Assembly: GCA_040879805.1 (NCBI GenBank)
Contig: JBBDJP010000006.1
Location: 3,699-67,698 of the forward strand
Length of the DNA: 64,000 bases
Direction of reading: 5' to 3'
From: Candidatus Pacearchaeota archaeon
GTDB lineage: Archaea; Nanobdellota; Nanobdellia; Pacearchaeales; GW2011-AR1
Below are positions 18,082 to 28,178 of this stretch, piece by piece. The notes beneath the pieces were generated by a model. The model did not search any database, was not told the origin of the DNA, and worked only from the letters and a program-made list of their open reading frames with translations. The position numbers and the translations under genes are program-made. Numbering within the stretch: position 1 is the stretch's first letter; every line of letters begins with the position of its first letter.

Positions 18082-20247
18082 ATGGCAGATAAAAACACAG
18101 AAAAAATTCAGGAATTGATGGAAAAGCAAGACAGGATTAGAAACATCGCTATTGCTGCGCATATTGATCACGGTAAGACTACTTTCTCAGATAATCTTCT
18201 TGCAGGTGCAGGAATGATGTCTGAAGAACATGCTGGAAAACAAAGAGTTCTCGATTTTCATGAAGACGAATCTTCAAGAGGAATCACTATTGACTCTGCA
18301 TCTGTTAGCATGGTTCATACTCTTGGGGGAAAGGAACATCTAATCAATCTAATAGACACTCCGGGACATGTTGACTTTGGGGGAGACGTTACAAGAGCCA
18401 TGAGAGCTGTTGATGGATGTGTGATACTTACTTGTGCAGTTGAAGGAGTTATGCCACAAACAGAAACTGTAGTTAGACAAGCACTTAAGGAATTGGTCCG
18501 ACCAGTACTTTTCATAAACAAAGTTGATAGATTAATCAAAGAAGTTAAACTTACTCCAGAGGAAATGCAGAAAAAATTCATACATATAATAAATCATGTT
18601 AATCAACTTATTGAAAATATCGCTCCTGAAGAATATAAAAAAAAGTGGAAGGTTGGAGTGGAAGATGGAAGTGTTGCATTTGGATCTGCATTCCACAATT
18701 GGGCTCTTAGCTTTCCTTACATGAAGGAAAACGGAATAACCTTTACAGATGTAATTGAGGCATACAATAACGATAATTATAAAGAACTTGCAAAAAAAGC
18801 ACCTCTTCATGAAGTTGTTCTTAATATGAGTATTAGGCACCATCCAGATCCTGTTCAAGCTCAAAAATATAGAATTCCAAAAATCTGGCATGGAGAAATA
18901 GACTCTGAAATTGGAAAATCAATGTTAAACTGCAATCCTAAAGGTGAGCCTGTTTTTGTTCCCATAAAGATTGTCGTGGATAAACATGCTGGAGAAATTG
19001 CTGCTGGAAGACTCTTTTCAGGAACATTGCAACAGGGAGATGATGTTTATATGAATCTTGCAAAGAGAAAAACTAGAATCCAACAAGTTTCAGTTTATAA
19101 GGGTGCACAAAGAATCATTGTTGATAATGTTGAAGCGGGAAATATAGTCGGAATTGTTGGACTTAAAGATGTTTTTGCAGGAGAAACTGTGAGTAAAAAT
19201 GAAATGGAACCTCTGGAAGCAATTAAGCATCTTTTTGATCCTGTAGTTACAAAGTCTATTGAAGCAACTAAAGCGGCAGATCTTCCTAGACTTGTTGAAG
19301 TTTTAAAACAAGTCAAAAAAGAAGACCCTTCTATAAAAATTGAAATTAATGAAAAAACTGGGGAAAGCCTCATGTCAGGAATGGGAGAATTACATTTGGA
19401 AATCATTGAAAACAGAATCAAAACTGAAAAAGGTCTTGATGTAAAAACATCTCCCCCAATAATTGTTTATGGAGAAAGTGTAGGAAAAGAATCTTCTGCT
19501 TTTGAAGGAAGAAGTCCAAACAAACACAATAGTTTCTATATCAAGGTTGCTCCACTAGAAGAAAATATCTATCAGGCAATAAAGGAGGGAGAACTTTCTG
19601 AGGGAAGAGTTAAAAAAAAGAGTACAGCTGTTGCAGATTCTCTTTCAAAATTAGGTTGGGATGGAGATACAATAAGAAATGTAAGAGATATTTACAAAGG
19701 AAATGTTTTTCTTGATGAAACAAGAGGAGAAGTTCATATGCAAGAAGTTATAGAAATGGTTTTGGATGCTTTTGAAATGATTGTTGATCAAGGACCTTTG
19801 GCAAGAGAGCCATGCATGAAACTTAAAGTTTCTTTAGTTGATGTGAAACTTCATGAAGACGCAATACATAGAGGTCCGGCCCAAGTCTATCCTGCAGTTA
19901 GAGAAGCAATAACAGAATCTATGAGGAAAGCAAATCCTTATCTTCTTGAACCACTTCAAATTCATATAATTGAAATGCCTGATAAATTTCTTGGTCCTGT
20001 AACAAAACTTGTTAATGGAAAAAGAGGACAAATGCTTGAAGTTAAACAGGAAGGAACTCAGGCAGAAATGAAAGCAAAACTCCCCGTTGCAGAAATGATT
20101 GGATGGAGCAATGACTTACGTTCTGCAACAGAAGGAAGAGGAACCTCGTCACTTGTAGACCAGCTCTTCGACAAAATCCCTGCAAATCTTCAGGATGAAG
20201 TTATAAGGAAGATAAGAGAAAGAAAGGGTTTAAGCGAAAACCAGTAA
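18082..20247 (+). CDS. fusA: translation elongation factor aEF-2
   Basis: AHIDHGKTT and DTPGHVDF are present, with the diphthamide-site region LHEDAIHRGPAQ. Confidence 0.95.
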   Translation: MADKNTEKIQELMEKQDRIRNIAIAAHIDHGKTTFSDNLLAGAGMMSEEHAGKQRVLDFHEDESSRGITIDSASVSMVHTLGGKEHLINLIDTPGHVDFGGDVTRAMRAVDGCVILTCAVEGVMPQTETVVRQALKELVRPVLFINKVDRLIKEVKLTPEEMQKKFIHIINHVNQLIENIAPEEYKKKWKVGVEDGSVAFGSAFHNWALSFPYMKENGITFTDVIEAYNNDNYKELAKKAPLHEVVLNMSIRHHPDPVQAQKYRIPKIWHGEIDSEIGKSMLNCNPKGEPVFVPIKIVVDKHAGEIAAGRLFSGTLQQGDDVYMNLAKRKTRIQQVSVYKGAQRIIVDNVEAGNIVGIVGLKDVFAGETVSKNEMEPLEAIKHLFDPVVTKSIEATKAADLPRLVEVLKQVKKEDPSIKIEINEKTGESLMSGMGELHLEIIENRIKTEKGLDVKTSPPIIVYGESVGKESSAFEGRSPNKHNSFYIKVAPLEENIYQAIKEGELSEGRVKKKSTAVADSLSKLGWDGDTIRNVRDIYKGNVFLDETRGEVHMQEVIEMVLDAFEMIVDQGPLAREPCMKLKVSLVDVKLHEDAIHRGPAQVYPAVREAITESMRKANPYLLEPLQIHIIEMPDKFLGPVTKLVNGKRGQMLEVKQEGTQAEMKAKLPVAEMIGWSNDLRSATEGRGTSSLVDQLFDKIPANLQDEVIRKIRERKGLSENQ

Positions 20248-20277
20248 ATATTTAATCAAAAAAATGTCTTTTAACTT

Positions 20278-20892
20278 ATGAATAAAAAACAAATTAGATT
20301 CTTTTCTACCGGATTCTCACTAATACTATTCTTTTTTACATTATTTTTTGTTATTGGAGATATCCCTATAATTGATTTGATAATCAGTTCAAAAATAGTA
20401 AATTCTTGGGAGAGTGGATTTGACAACATCTTTATTTTCCTTGGAATATTTTTAAAATCAATATTGGTTTTCATTGCCTTAATTTTTATTTCATTTCTAT
20501 ACAAACAAAAAAGAAAAAAAGAATCACTCATCCTGTTAGTTTCACTATTATTGGGATATTTTCTTGAAAATATGATTAACTTGATTATTCAAAGGGAAAG
20601 ACCTTCAATGCAACTTATCGAAAATTTTGGTTATAGTTTTCCAAGTGGACATGCAGTATTTTCAATTATATTATTCTCATTATTAATCTACTTTTACAAA
20701 GATGAAATAAAAAATAAATTTTTTAAGAATCTATTTATCCTAACAAATATTTTTTTAATATTACTTGTAGGTTTAAGCAGAATTTATTTGAATGTGCACT
20801 GGTTCACCGACGTAATTGGAGGATTTTTTCTTGGGCTTTTTGTAACATCTTTAATCTTAAATTTAGAGAAATCCTTAGCAAAAAGTTTATAA
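20278..20892 (+). CDS. PAP2-family membrane phosphatase
   Basis: The three PAP2 motifs are present: ...RERP, PSGHA and SRIYLNVHWFTDV. The protein is multi-pass hydrophobic. Confidence 0.8.
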   Translation: MNKKQIRFFSTGFSLILFFFTLFFVIGDIPIIDLIISSKIVNSWESGFDNIFIFLGIFLKSILVFIALIFISFLYKQKRKKESLILLVSLLLGYFLENMINLIIQRERPSMQLIENFGYSFPSGHAVFSIILFSLLIYFYKDEIKNKFFKNLFILTNIFLILLVGLSRIYLNVHWFTDVIGGFFLGLFVTSLILNLEKSLAKSL

Positions 20893-21001
20893 ACTCATTT
20901 TTTTATTAAACATTGTTAAGATTCTGAAAAAGAATTTAATAAGGTCTCGGAACAATCTTCCGTGCCAAAAAGTTTAAAAATAAAAAAATAACAATATAAA
21001 T

Positions 21002-22288
21002 ATGGCAAAAGAAAAAAAGAATATGAATGTGGCCTTCGTGGGTCATGTTGATGCAGGAAAATCCACAGTAGTAGGAAGAATCCTTTATGATAGTGGAGCA
21101 GTTTCAGAGCAAGAAATGACTAAACATCGACAGGAAGCTGAAAAACACGGTAAGGTAGGGTTTGAGCTTGCTTATGTTATGGATAAAATTAAAGAAGAAA
21201 GAGAAAGAGGAGTTACAATTGACTTAGCTTATAAAAAAATATTAACTGAAAAATATCAAATCACAATTATTGATGCTCCTGGACACAGGGACTTTGTTAA
21301 AAACATGATCACTGGAGCTAGCCAGGCAGATGCTGCATTCTTAGTTATTGCTGCCCCTGCAGGAGTCCAACCGCAAACTACAGAACACTTATGGCTTCTA
21401 AGAACAATGGGTGTAAAAAATATTGCAGTTGCAATAAATAAAATGGATGCTGTTGAATACAAGGAAGAAAAATTTAACAGTGTAAAAGAAGAAGTTAGCA
21501 AATTATTAAAGGGTGTTGGAATAAATCCTGAAAACACTCAATTCGTTGCTTGTTCTGGATTGAAAGGGGATAATGTTGCAAAGAAATCTGAGAACCTGTC
21601 TTGGTACAAAGGACCTACTGTTCTTGAACAATTTGATAAATTCCCAGAACCTACATTGCCAACAGATCTTCCAATGAGAATGCCTGTTCAAGATGTTTAT
21701 GAAATTACTGGAATTGGAACAGTCCCAGTAGGAAAAATAGAGACTGGAATTATGAAGATAGGTCAAAAAGTTGTTGTGTTACCAGGAAGAACTGGAAAAG
21801 GAATTTCAGGAGAAGTCAGAACAATTGAAATGCACCACGAAACAATCAATCAAGCAGATGCAGGAGACAATGTTGGAATTAATATTAGGGGTGTAGGTAA
21901 AAAAGATATTGCTAGAGGAGATGTAATTTGTGAAGCAGATAAACCTGCAAATGTTGTTGAAGAATTTATTGCAACAATTACAGTTATAAATCATCCTACT
22001 GTTCTTGCAAAAGGATACACTCCAGTATTCCACGTTCATACTGCTCAAGTTCCTTGCCAATTTGTAGAATTAATCGAACAAATTGACCCTAAAACTGGTG
22101 AGGCTATAAAGAAAAATCCAGACTATTTGAAGAATGGGGATACTGCAAAAGTAAGGATTAAACCCCAAGGAAATCTTACTCTTGAAACTCAGAAAGAGAA
22201 CCCTTATATGAGTAGATTTGCTGTTCGAGATGCAGGATCAACAGTAGCTGCAGGAATGTGCACAGAGATTGTTAAGAAAAAGAATTAA
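21002..22288 (+). CDS. tuf: translation elongation factor aEF-1 alpha
   Basis: GHVDAGKST, DAPGHRDF and NKMD are present. Length 428 aa. Confidence 0.95.
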   Translation: MAKEKKNMNVAFVGHVDAGKSTVVGRILYDSGAVSEQEMTKHRQEAEKHGKVGFELAYVMDKIKEERERGVTIDLAYKKILTEKYQITIIDAPGHRDFVKNMITGASQADAAFLVIAAPAGVQPQTTEHLWLLRTMGVKNIAVAINKMDAVEYKEEKFNSVKEEVSKLLKGVGINPENTQFVACSGLKGDNVAKKSENLSWYKGPTVLEQFDKFPEPTLPTDLPMRMPVQDVYEITGIGTVPVGKIETGIMKIGQKVVVLPGRTGKGISGEVRTIEMHHETINQADAGDNVGINIRGVGKKDIARGDVICEADKPANVVEEFIATITVINHPTVLAKGYTPVFHVHTAQVPCQFVELIEQIDPKTGEAIKKNPDYLKNGDTAKVRIKPQGNLTLETQKENPYMSRFAVRDAGSTVAAGMCTEIVKKKN

Positions 22289-22334
22289 CTTTTTTTGAAA
22301 AAATTTAATTAAAATAAACTATTTATTATTTAAA

Positions 22335-22640
22335 ATGACTATTGACCATAAATTTGACAAAGATATTGAAGAACATTTTGATAGTATCAGATCTCTACTT
22401 AAGGAATCTAATATGGGAATATGGGATGTAATAGAAGAATATATGCAAAGTAATCCCAATCTTAAAGAAGAATTAAAAGAAAACAATACAAATATTATTG
22501 AAGCAGGTCATTATTTTTTAGGAAGGTCTTCATACCCAAAAGGACTTATCAGGGAAGCACATCAAATTGTTTACTCAGAAATGTTTGATCAAGTTCAACA
22601 ATCAAATTCAAAAGATTCAAATTCTTATAATAAATCTTAA
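22335..22640 (+). CDS. hypothetical protein
   Basis: A 101-aa ORF in the position where ribosomal protein S10 usually follows EF-1a. It has no S10 similarity. Confidence 0.35.
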   Translation: MTIDHKFDKDIEEHFDSIRSLLKESNMGIWDVIEEYMQSNPNLKEELKENNTNIIEAGHYFLGRSSYPKGLIREAHQIVYSEMFDQVQQSNSKDSNSYNKS

Positions 22641-22664
22641 ATACTTCTTAGTTTCTATAATTAT

Positions 22665-23213
22665 ATGGAAGTAATTTCAAAGTCTCAAATTGAAAAAGAA
22701 ATATCTGGAAAAGGTGAATTTATCAAAATAGACTATCTTACAAGATTTCTAAAAAAATCTACAAGTATTGATGTAAAAAAGTTTATTTTCTTAAAACTAG
22801 CAGAATCACATGAAAAAATAGGGATGTTAAAAGATGCTGCTAAAAATTATGGTAATGCAGGGATGGTCTCTATTCCTTTCTCTCAAAAAATTAATTATTT
22901 TGTTAAAGAAGCAAAAACTTATATCAAAGTAGGAGATTATGAAAGTGCAGATAATGCTTTAAAAAAAGCTTTAAGGGAAGCAAATTCTAAGGAAAAAAAT
23001 GAACTTTACTTAAGCATAAAAGATTTCTATAAAAAACAGGCTGAAAAATATGAGGAAGAACTTAAGAGAAGACATGCTGTTAAAATTTACGAAAAACTTC
23101 TTTATATGAAATTAGATGATTCTGAAAAAGAGGAGATTATGAAAAAACTTCTTGATCTATATGATCGGCTTAACCAGAGGAAGGAATACCTTTCTCTTAA
23201 GAAGAGATTATAA
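22665..23213 (+). CDS. hypothetical helical-repeat (TPR-like) protein
   Basis: Repeated A/Y/L helical pattern (e.g. AAKNYGNAG..., GDYESADNALKKALREA). Weak call. Confidence 0.4.
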   Translation: MEVISKSQIEKEISGKGEFIKIDYLTRFLKKSTSIDVKKFIFLKLAESHEKIGMLKDAAKNYGNAGMVSIPFSQKINYFVKEAKTYIKVGDYESADNALKKALREANSKEKNELYLSIKDFYKKQAEKYEEELKRRHAVKIYEKLLYMKLDDSEKEEIMKKLLDLYDRLNQRKEYLSLKKRL

Positions 23214-23368
23214 TTTTATTCTGGAAAAGCTTTTAAAGTCCTTAATCTTCTTTTATAGGTAGAGAAATACATAAGTATCACAGTATTAGCTCATATTCAA
23301 ATTCATTCAACAGAGATAGTATTAGATAATTGTATTTTTCTATGTAATTAAACTTATGGAGGTAAAAA

Positions 23369-24523
23369 ATGGCAAAAATAAGTCCAGTATCTATAAAATA
23401 TATGATACATGCAAATTTTAGAGTAGAAGGTGCACTAGAAAAGCCCGACATAATAGGTGCTATCTTTGGTCAAACAGAAGGACTTTTAGGGGCAGATCTT
23501 GAAATGAGAGAACTTCAAAAAGAGGGAAAAATTGGAAGAATTGAAGTTGAAGTTAACCGGGACAGAAAATTGACAACAGGTATAATAAAAGTCCCTACAG
23601 CTCTGGATCAATCTGAAACTACTCTTGTTGCGGCAGCAATTGAAACTATAGAGAAAATAGGTCCTTGTGATGCACAGGTTGAAATAGATAAGATCGAGGA
23701 TGTTAGAGGTAACAAACGAGATTATATAATTGAAAGAGCCAAAAAACTTATGTCTGAAATAGGCGGAACTGCAGATTCAAGAGAAATCTCAAAAATGATA
23801 AAGGATTCTGCTAAAGTTTCAAGCGTGCAGAAATATGGTGACGATGATCTTGCTGCAGGAGATCTTTCTGGGAAAGAAATAATTGTTGTTGAAGGAAGAG
23901 CAGATGTTTTGAATTTGTTGCGTGCAGGTGTAAAAAATGTTATTGCAATGAATGGGACAAAACTTCCGGAAACTGTTAAGAGTTTGAGTAAAGAAAAAGA
24001 CATAACTCTTTTTGTTGATGGAGATCGTGGTGGAAAGTTAATCATTAAGAATGTTCTTGACAATGCAAGAATAAAGTATGTCTGTATTGCTCCTGATGGG
24101 AAAGAAGTTGAAGAATTAACTGGGAAAGAAGTATTACAGACTCTTAGAAAAAAAGTCTCAGTAGAAGAATACCAGGAGAATTCTTCCGGTTCTCGTAAGA
24201 GTTCCGGAGGTTCTTCCTCATCTTCAAAAAAGAACTCTTTAAATCCTGAAAAAGTTAAAGAAAAACTTAAAAAAATTTCAAAAAAAATCGAAGGTTCAAA
24301 AAAAGCTATACTCTTTGATAATTCTTTAAAGGAAATGAAAAGAATCTCTGCAAGAGCACTTACAATTACATTAAAAAAATCACAGAAAAAACCTTTTGCA
24401 ATTATTCTTGATGGGACTGTAACAAAATCAACGATAAAAGCTGCTGAAAGAGCAGATGTCAAATTCATTGTTGCTAAAAACTTTACAACTACTGATACTC
24501 AACTTGAATTGGTGAGTTTTTAA
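23369..24523 (+). CDS. dnaG: archaeal DnaG-type (TOPRIM) primase/exosome-associated protein
   Basis: TOPRIM core IIVVEGRADVLNLLRAGVKNVIAMNGT ... LFVDGDRGG. The N-terminal region is typical of archaeal DnaG. Confidence 0.85.
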   Translation: MAKISPVSIKYMIHANFRVEGALEKPDIIGAIFGQTEGLLGADLEMRELQKEGKIGRIEVEVNRDRKLTTGIIKVPTALDQSETTLVAAAIETIEKIGPCDAQVEIDKIEDVRGNKRDYIIERAKKLMSEIGGTADSREISKMIKDSAKVSSVQKYGDDDLAAGDLSGKEIIVVEGRADVLNLLRAGVKNVIAMNGTKLPETVKSLSKEKDITLFVDGDRGGKLIIKNVLDNARIKYVCIAPDGKEVEELTGKEVLQTLRKKVSVEEYQENSSGSRKSSGGSSSSSKKNSLNPEKVKEKLKKISKKIEGSKKAILFDNSLKEMKRISARALTITLKKSQKKPFAIILDGTVTKSTIKAAERADVKFIVAKNFTTTDTQLELVSF

Positions 24524-24525
24524 GC

Positions 24526-24801
24526 TTAAATATATCTATCAACAGTTCTTTCTAAATCAGAATCTTCTTCATCTCTTCTAAAGTAATTTTTAATACAATC
24601 TTTCTTTTGATTTCTATAAACTTCTAATAACTCCATTGCCTCACTATCCCTTTCATCTTTGGCCCTTTTCCTTAGAGAATCATACTTATCATTAAGAGAA
24701 AGGACTTTCATTGCAAAATTTTTAGGAGTATCTTCATTTATATAAATTGATCTCAATTCATCCATTAAATTATAAATTTCCTTGGAAATAGCTGAACTCA
24801 T
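24526..24801 (-). CDS. hypothetical protein
   Basis: A 91-aa charged helical ORF. No family recognised. Confidence 0.35.
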   Translation of the reverse strand: MSSAISKEIYNLMDELRSIYINEDTPKNFAMKVLSLNDKYDSLRKRAKDERDSEAMELLEVYRNQKKDCIKNYFRRDEEDSDLERTVDRYI

Positions 24802-24883
24802 AACCTATATAGGAATGCTTACTATAAAAATATTTATTTGGTTTAATACAAACATTTTTATTACTCTTTTTTCTTCAGAAATT

Positions 24884-25666
24884 ATGGCTATAAAATTTGG
24901 ACCTGCCAGCCTTGGAGGAGTTAAAGAAGCAATCTTAAATCTTGAAAAATATAATCATTTAGGCTTACAAGCTTGCGAGATTGCATTTACTTATAGTGCC
25001 TACATAAAGAAAAAAGAGGATGCTGAAAAAATTGGAAAAGCTGCCAAAAAACTTGGAATAAAACTTAGTATTCACGCACCTTATTGGATAAACCTTAACT
25101 CTGATGATGAAGAAAAAATCAAAAGGAGTAAAGAGAGAATTTTAGAGTCATGTAAGGTAGGGACTTGGTTAGGGGCCTATAGAGTTGTTTTTCATCCCGG
25201 TTATTATGGAAAAAATAAGGAAGGTGCATATAAAAATATTAAAAATAATATTTTAGATATTCAAAGAACTATGAAAGAGGAGGGCTACACTCCAAAACTC
25301 GCTCCAGAAATTATGGGAAAGATCAATGTTTTTGGAAGTATTGATGAAATCCATAAACTAGTTGAAGAAACAGGATGTAGCTTTTGTATAGACTTTGCAC
25401 ACATTCTTGCAAGATACAAGGAATACAAATTTAAGGAAACGCTTGAAAAATTCAAGAAACATAAAGAATTACATATTCATTTTTCAGGAATAGTGTATGG
25501 GGAAAAAGGAGAAAAACATCATAAAAAAACAGGAAAGGAAGAGTGGAAAAAACTTCTTTCACATTTAAAATTATTTTCCAAGAGTAAAGAAATAACTATT
25601 GTTAATGAAAGTCCTTCTCACATTCAAGATGCTGTTGAAGGATTAGAGATCTGGAAAAGTAACTAA
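24884..25666 (+). CDS. nfo: endonuclease IV-like / xylose-isomerase-like TIM-barrel protein
   Basis: Metal-ligand-like segments SIHAPYWINL, VVFHPG, APEIMG, CIDFAHI and HIHFSG. The start is trimmed to the ATG at 24884. Confidence 0.6.
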   Translation: MAIKFGPASLGGVKEAILNLEKYNHLGLQACEIAFTYSAYIKKKEDAEKIGKAAKKLGIKLSIHAPYWINLNSDDEEKIKRSKERILESCKVGTWLGAYRVVFHPGYYGKNKEGAYKNIKNNILDIQRTMKEEGYTPKLAPEIMGKINVFGSIDEIHKLVEETGCSFCIDFAHILARYKEYKFKETLEKFKKHKELHIHFSGIVYGEKGEKHHKKTGKEEWKKLLSHLKLFSKSKEITIVNESPSHIQDAVEGLEIWKSN

Positions 25667-25751
25667 TTGTTACTCACATTTAGTACTTAATAATTAATAT
25701 TATTTGTTATCACCATAAAGTTTATAAGTAAAATCATTCTGGTTGAATATA

Positions 25752-25770
25752 CAGAAGACATGGTCTTCTG
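25752..25770 (+). other. perfect 8-bp hairpin in the 5' region of the surface-protein gene
   Basis: CAGAAGAC-ATG-GTCTTCTG lies 15 nt upstream of the ATG at 25785. Confidence 0.3.
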
Positions 25771-25784
25771 ACTAATTAAATAAA

Positions 25785-26996
25785 ATGGAAAACAAGATGA
25801 ATGTAAAGAAACTTATGGTTTCTTTCGCGATACTTGTAAGCGTTCTTTTCTTAGCCGTTAGCGTAAGTGCTCAAACAGCAGATAATGTTGTTGTTGAGGT
25901 TAATGGAATTGAAGCTAGCGAAAATCCTGCTATTGTTGTAGGTGAAACAATTTTCGTTAGAGTTGAATTCGAAGCTTTAGAGAGTGCCTCTGAAGTTACT
26001 GTAAAAGCTGAAATTGACGGTAATAGAGAAAGAGTAGAAGTAGAAACAAACTTGTTTGACATAGAGGAAGGACAAAAATACTCTAAGACTCTTGCCCTTA
26101 AGGTCCCTTTTGACCTTAGAAATGATCTTAGTGGAAATGTTGACCTCAATGTTAAAATAAGTGGAACTGATTTGATAACTTATCAATTAAGAGTTCAAAG
26201 AGAATCTTTTAATGTAGATATTTTATCTGTAGAAGTTCCTTCAACAGCTGAAGCGGGAAACTCAATTCCTGTTGATGTTGTCTTAAAGAACAGAGGATAT
26301 AATGACCTTGATGACTTGTTTGTAACTGTAAGAATTTCTGCTCTTAACATAGAAAGAACAGCCTTTTTCGGAGATCTAATTTCTCTCGAATGTAACTTCG
26401 ATGCAGAAAATGAAGATAACTGGGGTATTGATGTTGATAGAAAGTGTATTGAAAGAAAAACAGATACTTCAGCAGGAAGAATATCTCTAAATTTGCCTTT
26501 CGATGTTGAACCTGGAGTTTATGCTCTTGAGGTTAAAGTTGAAAGTGAAGACATCTCTGAAAGTGAGACTCTCCAGATAGTGGTAGAAAATCCTTTCTCT
26601 GAAGGGAATTTTATTATTTCTGGAAATCAGGTACTTATTGTGAATCCAACAAACAAGTTGGTTGTTTACAATTTAGTTCCTAAGTCTGTAAAAGGCACTT
26701 CTATAAGTCTAAGTGAAAGCCTTGTTGCAGTACCTGCAGGATCTAGCAGAACTGTTACAATGGATTTTGATTCAGACTCAGGAGAAGAAACTTTCTTTGT
26801 TGATGTATTCTCTTCAGATGGAACTTTTGTAGAAACTCTGGAGTTTGAAGAAGTTTCAGAAAGAAAAGACACTGCAAGCCCAATCGTTATCTTGACAATT
26901 ATCCTAGCAATAATCTTTGTTGTATTGCTTGTAGTATTAATTGTTTTGATTGGAAAGAAACCTAAAACCGAGGAATTCGGGGAAAGTTATTATTAA
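25785..26996 (+). CDS. secreted, C-terminally anchored surface protein (S-layer/CARDB-like)
   Basis: Signal peptide (KKLMVSFAILVSVLFLAVSVSAQ), acidic beta-rich body, C-terminal TM plus basic stop-transfer (IVILTIILAIIFVVLLVVLIVLIGKKPK). Confidence 0.6.
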   Translation: MENKMNVKKLMVSFAILVSVLFLAVSVSAQTADNVVVEVNGIEASENPAIVVGETIFVRVEFEALESASEVTVKAEIDGNRERVEVETNLFDIEEGQKYSKTLALKVPFDLRNDLSGNVDLNVKISGTDLITYQLRVQRESFNVDILSVEVPSTAEAGNSIPVDVVLKNRGYNDLDDLFVTVRISALNIERTAFFGDLISLECNFDAENEDNWGIDVDRKCIERKTDTSAGRISLNLPFDVEPGVYALEVKVESEDISESETLQIVVENPFSEGNFIISGNQVLIVNPTNKLVVYNLVPKSVKGTSISLSESLVAVPAGSSRTVTMDFDSDSGEETFFVDVFSSDGTFVETLEFEEVSERKDTASPIVILTIILAIIFVVLLVVLIVLIGKKPKTEEFGESYY

Positions 26997-27069
26997 TTAA
27001 TTTTTAATTTTTATTATTTTTATTTAACTTTTTTCGTTCCTCATTTTTATTTAATATGATTAAAATAAA

Positions 27070-27297
27070 ATGAAAAATAAATACTTTAAACCCGTCTTGA
27101 TTGGAACCGGCTTACTATTTTTTGGAGGGTTAGCTTCAAAAGTTTTAAACAAACATTCTAAGAATTTAAGGCCTATTTCAAAATTCACAGAAAATTGTTT
27201 AGGTCCAATAGTTCCTAATGAAAAAGATGGGACAAGTACCTATGTCCCCTATAGCCATGAACTCATAGAACTTTCTGAGGATAAATATAATAAATGA
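27070..27297 (+). CDS. small membrane-anchored protein (hypothetical)
   Basis: 75 aa with one N-terminal TM (PVLIGTGLLFFGGLA). Confidence 0.3.
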   Translation: MKNKYFKPVLIGTGLLFFGGLASKVLNKHSKNLRPISKFTENCLGPIVPNEKDGTSTYVPYSHELIELSEDKYNK

Positions 27298-27310
27298 TAA
27301 TTTAATAATC

Positions 27311-27919
27311 TTATATAAAAGGTACAAAAATAAATCCTGGAATTTCACTTATTGTTTTAAATTCATCTCCATCTCTCTTAATAATTACTATACTTTGTTC
27401 AAATCTAGGACCTTTGGGTGCTATAAGAATTCCTTTATCTTTTAACTGGTTTAGTAAATTCTGGGGAATTTCACGAACTGCAGCACTCATAAGAATCCTG
27501 TCAAAAGGAGCATCATCAGGAAGACCCTTCCATCCACTTTTGTTAAAAACCTGGATATTTTTGTAATCTTCAAGATTTTCTTTTGACTTTTTAGCCAGCT
27601 CATTTATAATTTCCATTCCAAAAACCTTTCCTTTTTTTCCAACAATTTTTGAGATTAGAGCAAGAACATAACCTGAACCAGATCCAACTTCAAGAACTTT
27701 TTGTCCTTTTCTTAAACTAAGTTCAGAAAGCATAAGAGCGATAGTATAAGGTTGAGAAATAGTCTGGCCTTCCCCTATGGGAAGAGCGGTATCTTCATAC
27801 GCTTTACTCTTAAGTTCTTCTGGAATAAAATATTCTCTTTTAACTGATGAAAATGCATCTAATATTTTCTTTTTAAAACCCATTGCTTTTAATTTGTTAA
27901 TGAGTTGTTCCTTGTTCAT
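27311..27919 (-). CDS. pcm: protein-L-isoaspartate O-methyltransferase
   Basis: ALPIGEGQTISQPYTIALMLSEL and VLEVGSGSGYV are canonical PIMT motifs. Confidence 0.9.
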   Translation of the reverse strand: MNKEQLINKLKAMGFKKKILDAFSSVKREYFIPEELKSKAYEDTALPIGEGQTISQPYTIALMLSELSLRKGQKVLEVGSGSGYVLALISKIVGKKGKVFGMEIINELAKKSKENLEDYKNIQVFNKSGWKGLPDDAPFDRILMSAAVREIPQNLLNQLKDKGILIAPKGPRFEQSIVIIKRDGDEFKTISEIPGFIFVPFI

Positions 27920-28000
27920 AAAAAGACGAAGGTAGGAGAATTTAAATATTATTTGTATTTCTTTTTTTAACTCTAACTTTTAGGCATTCTCAAAAATTGG

Positions 28001-28178
28001 ATTTAACATCAGAGATAAAAGAAGTTTTCGTAGCGTAGCAAAAAATTTGGGAAAAATACGAGCCGAGGCATTTTCCGGTTATCACTTGTTAGGCGAGGGT
28101 TTGATTTCTTTCCTTATTATATTATAAAGAAAAAGAAATCAAAAGCGCAGCGTCCCCTTGCGTTTGGGTTCTGGCGAC
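28001..28178 (+). repeat. GC-rich attC-like folded repeat, copy A
   Basis: ATTTAAC(28001-07)-atc-AGAGATAA ... TTATCACT-t-GTTAGGC(28088-94) forms an imperfect palindrome with terminal AAC/GTT cores and 2 unpaired bases on the left arm only. The inner block AATTTGGGAAAA.ACGAGCCGAG..ATTTTCC and the tail AAGCGCAGCGTCCCCTT..GCGTTTG are shared with copy B. Confidence 0.6.

Noticed and set aside
23722-24468. A 248-aa ORF antisense to dnaG. Many 60-120-aa antisense ORFs are similar, e.g. 2037-2276, 10328-10549, 18532-18891, 38059-38430 and 60276-60575.
   Set aside because: They lie opposite well-supported conserved genes. Their composition is low-complexity (F/I/S/L-rich) and typical of shadow frames in AT-rich DNA. 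None has a recognisable motif or start context.
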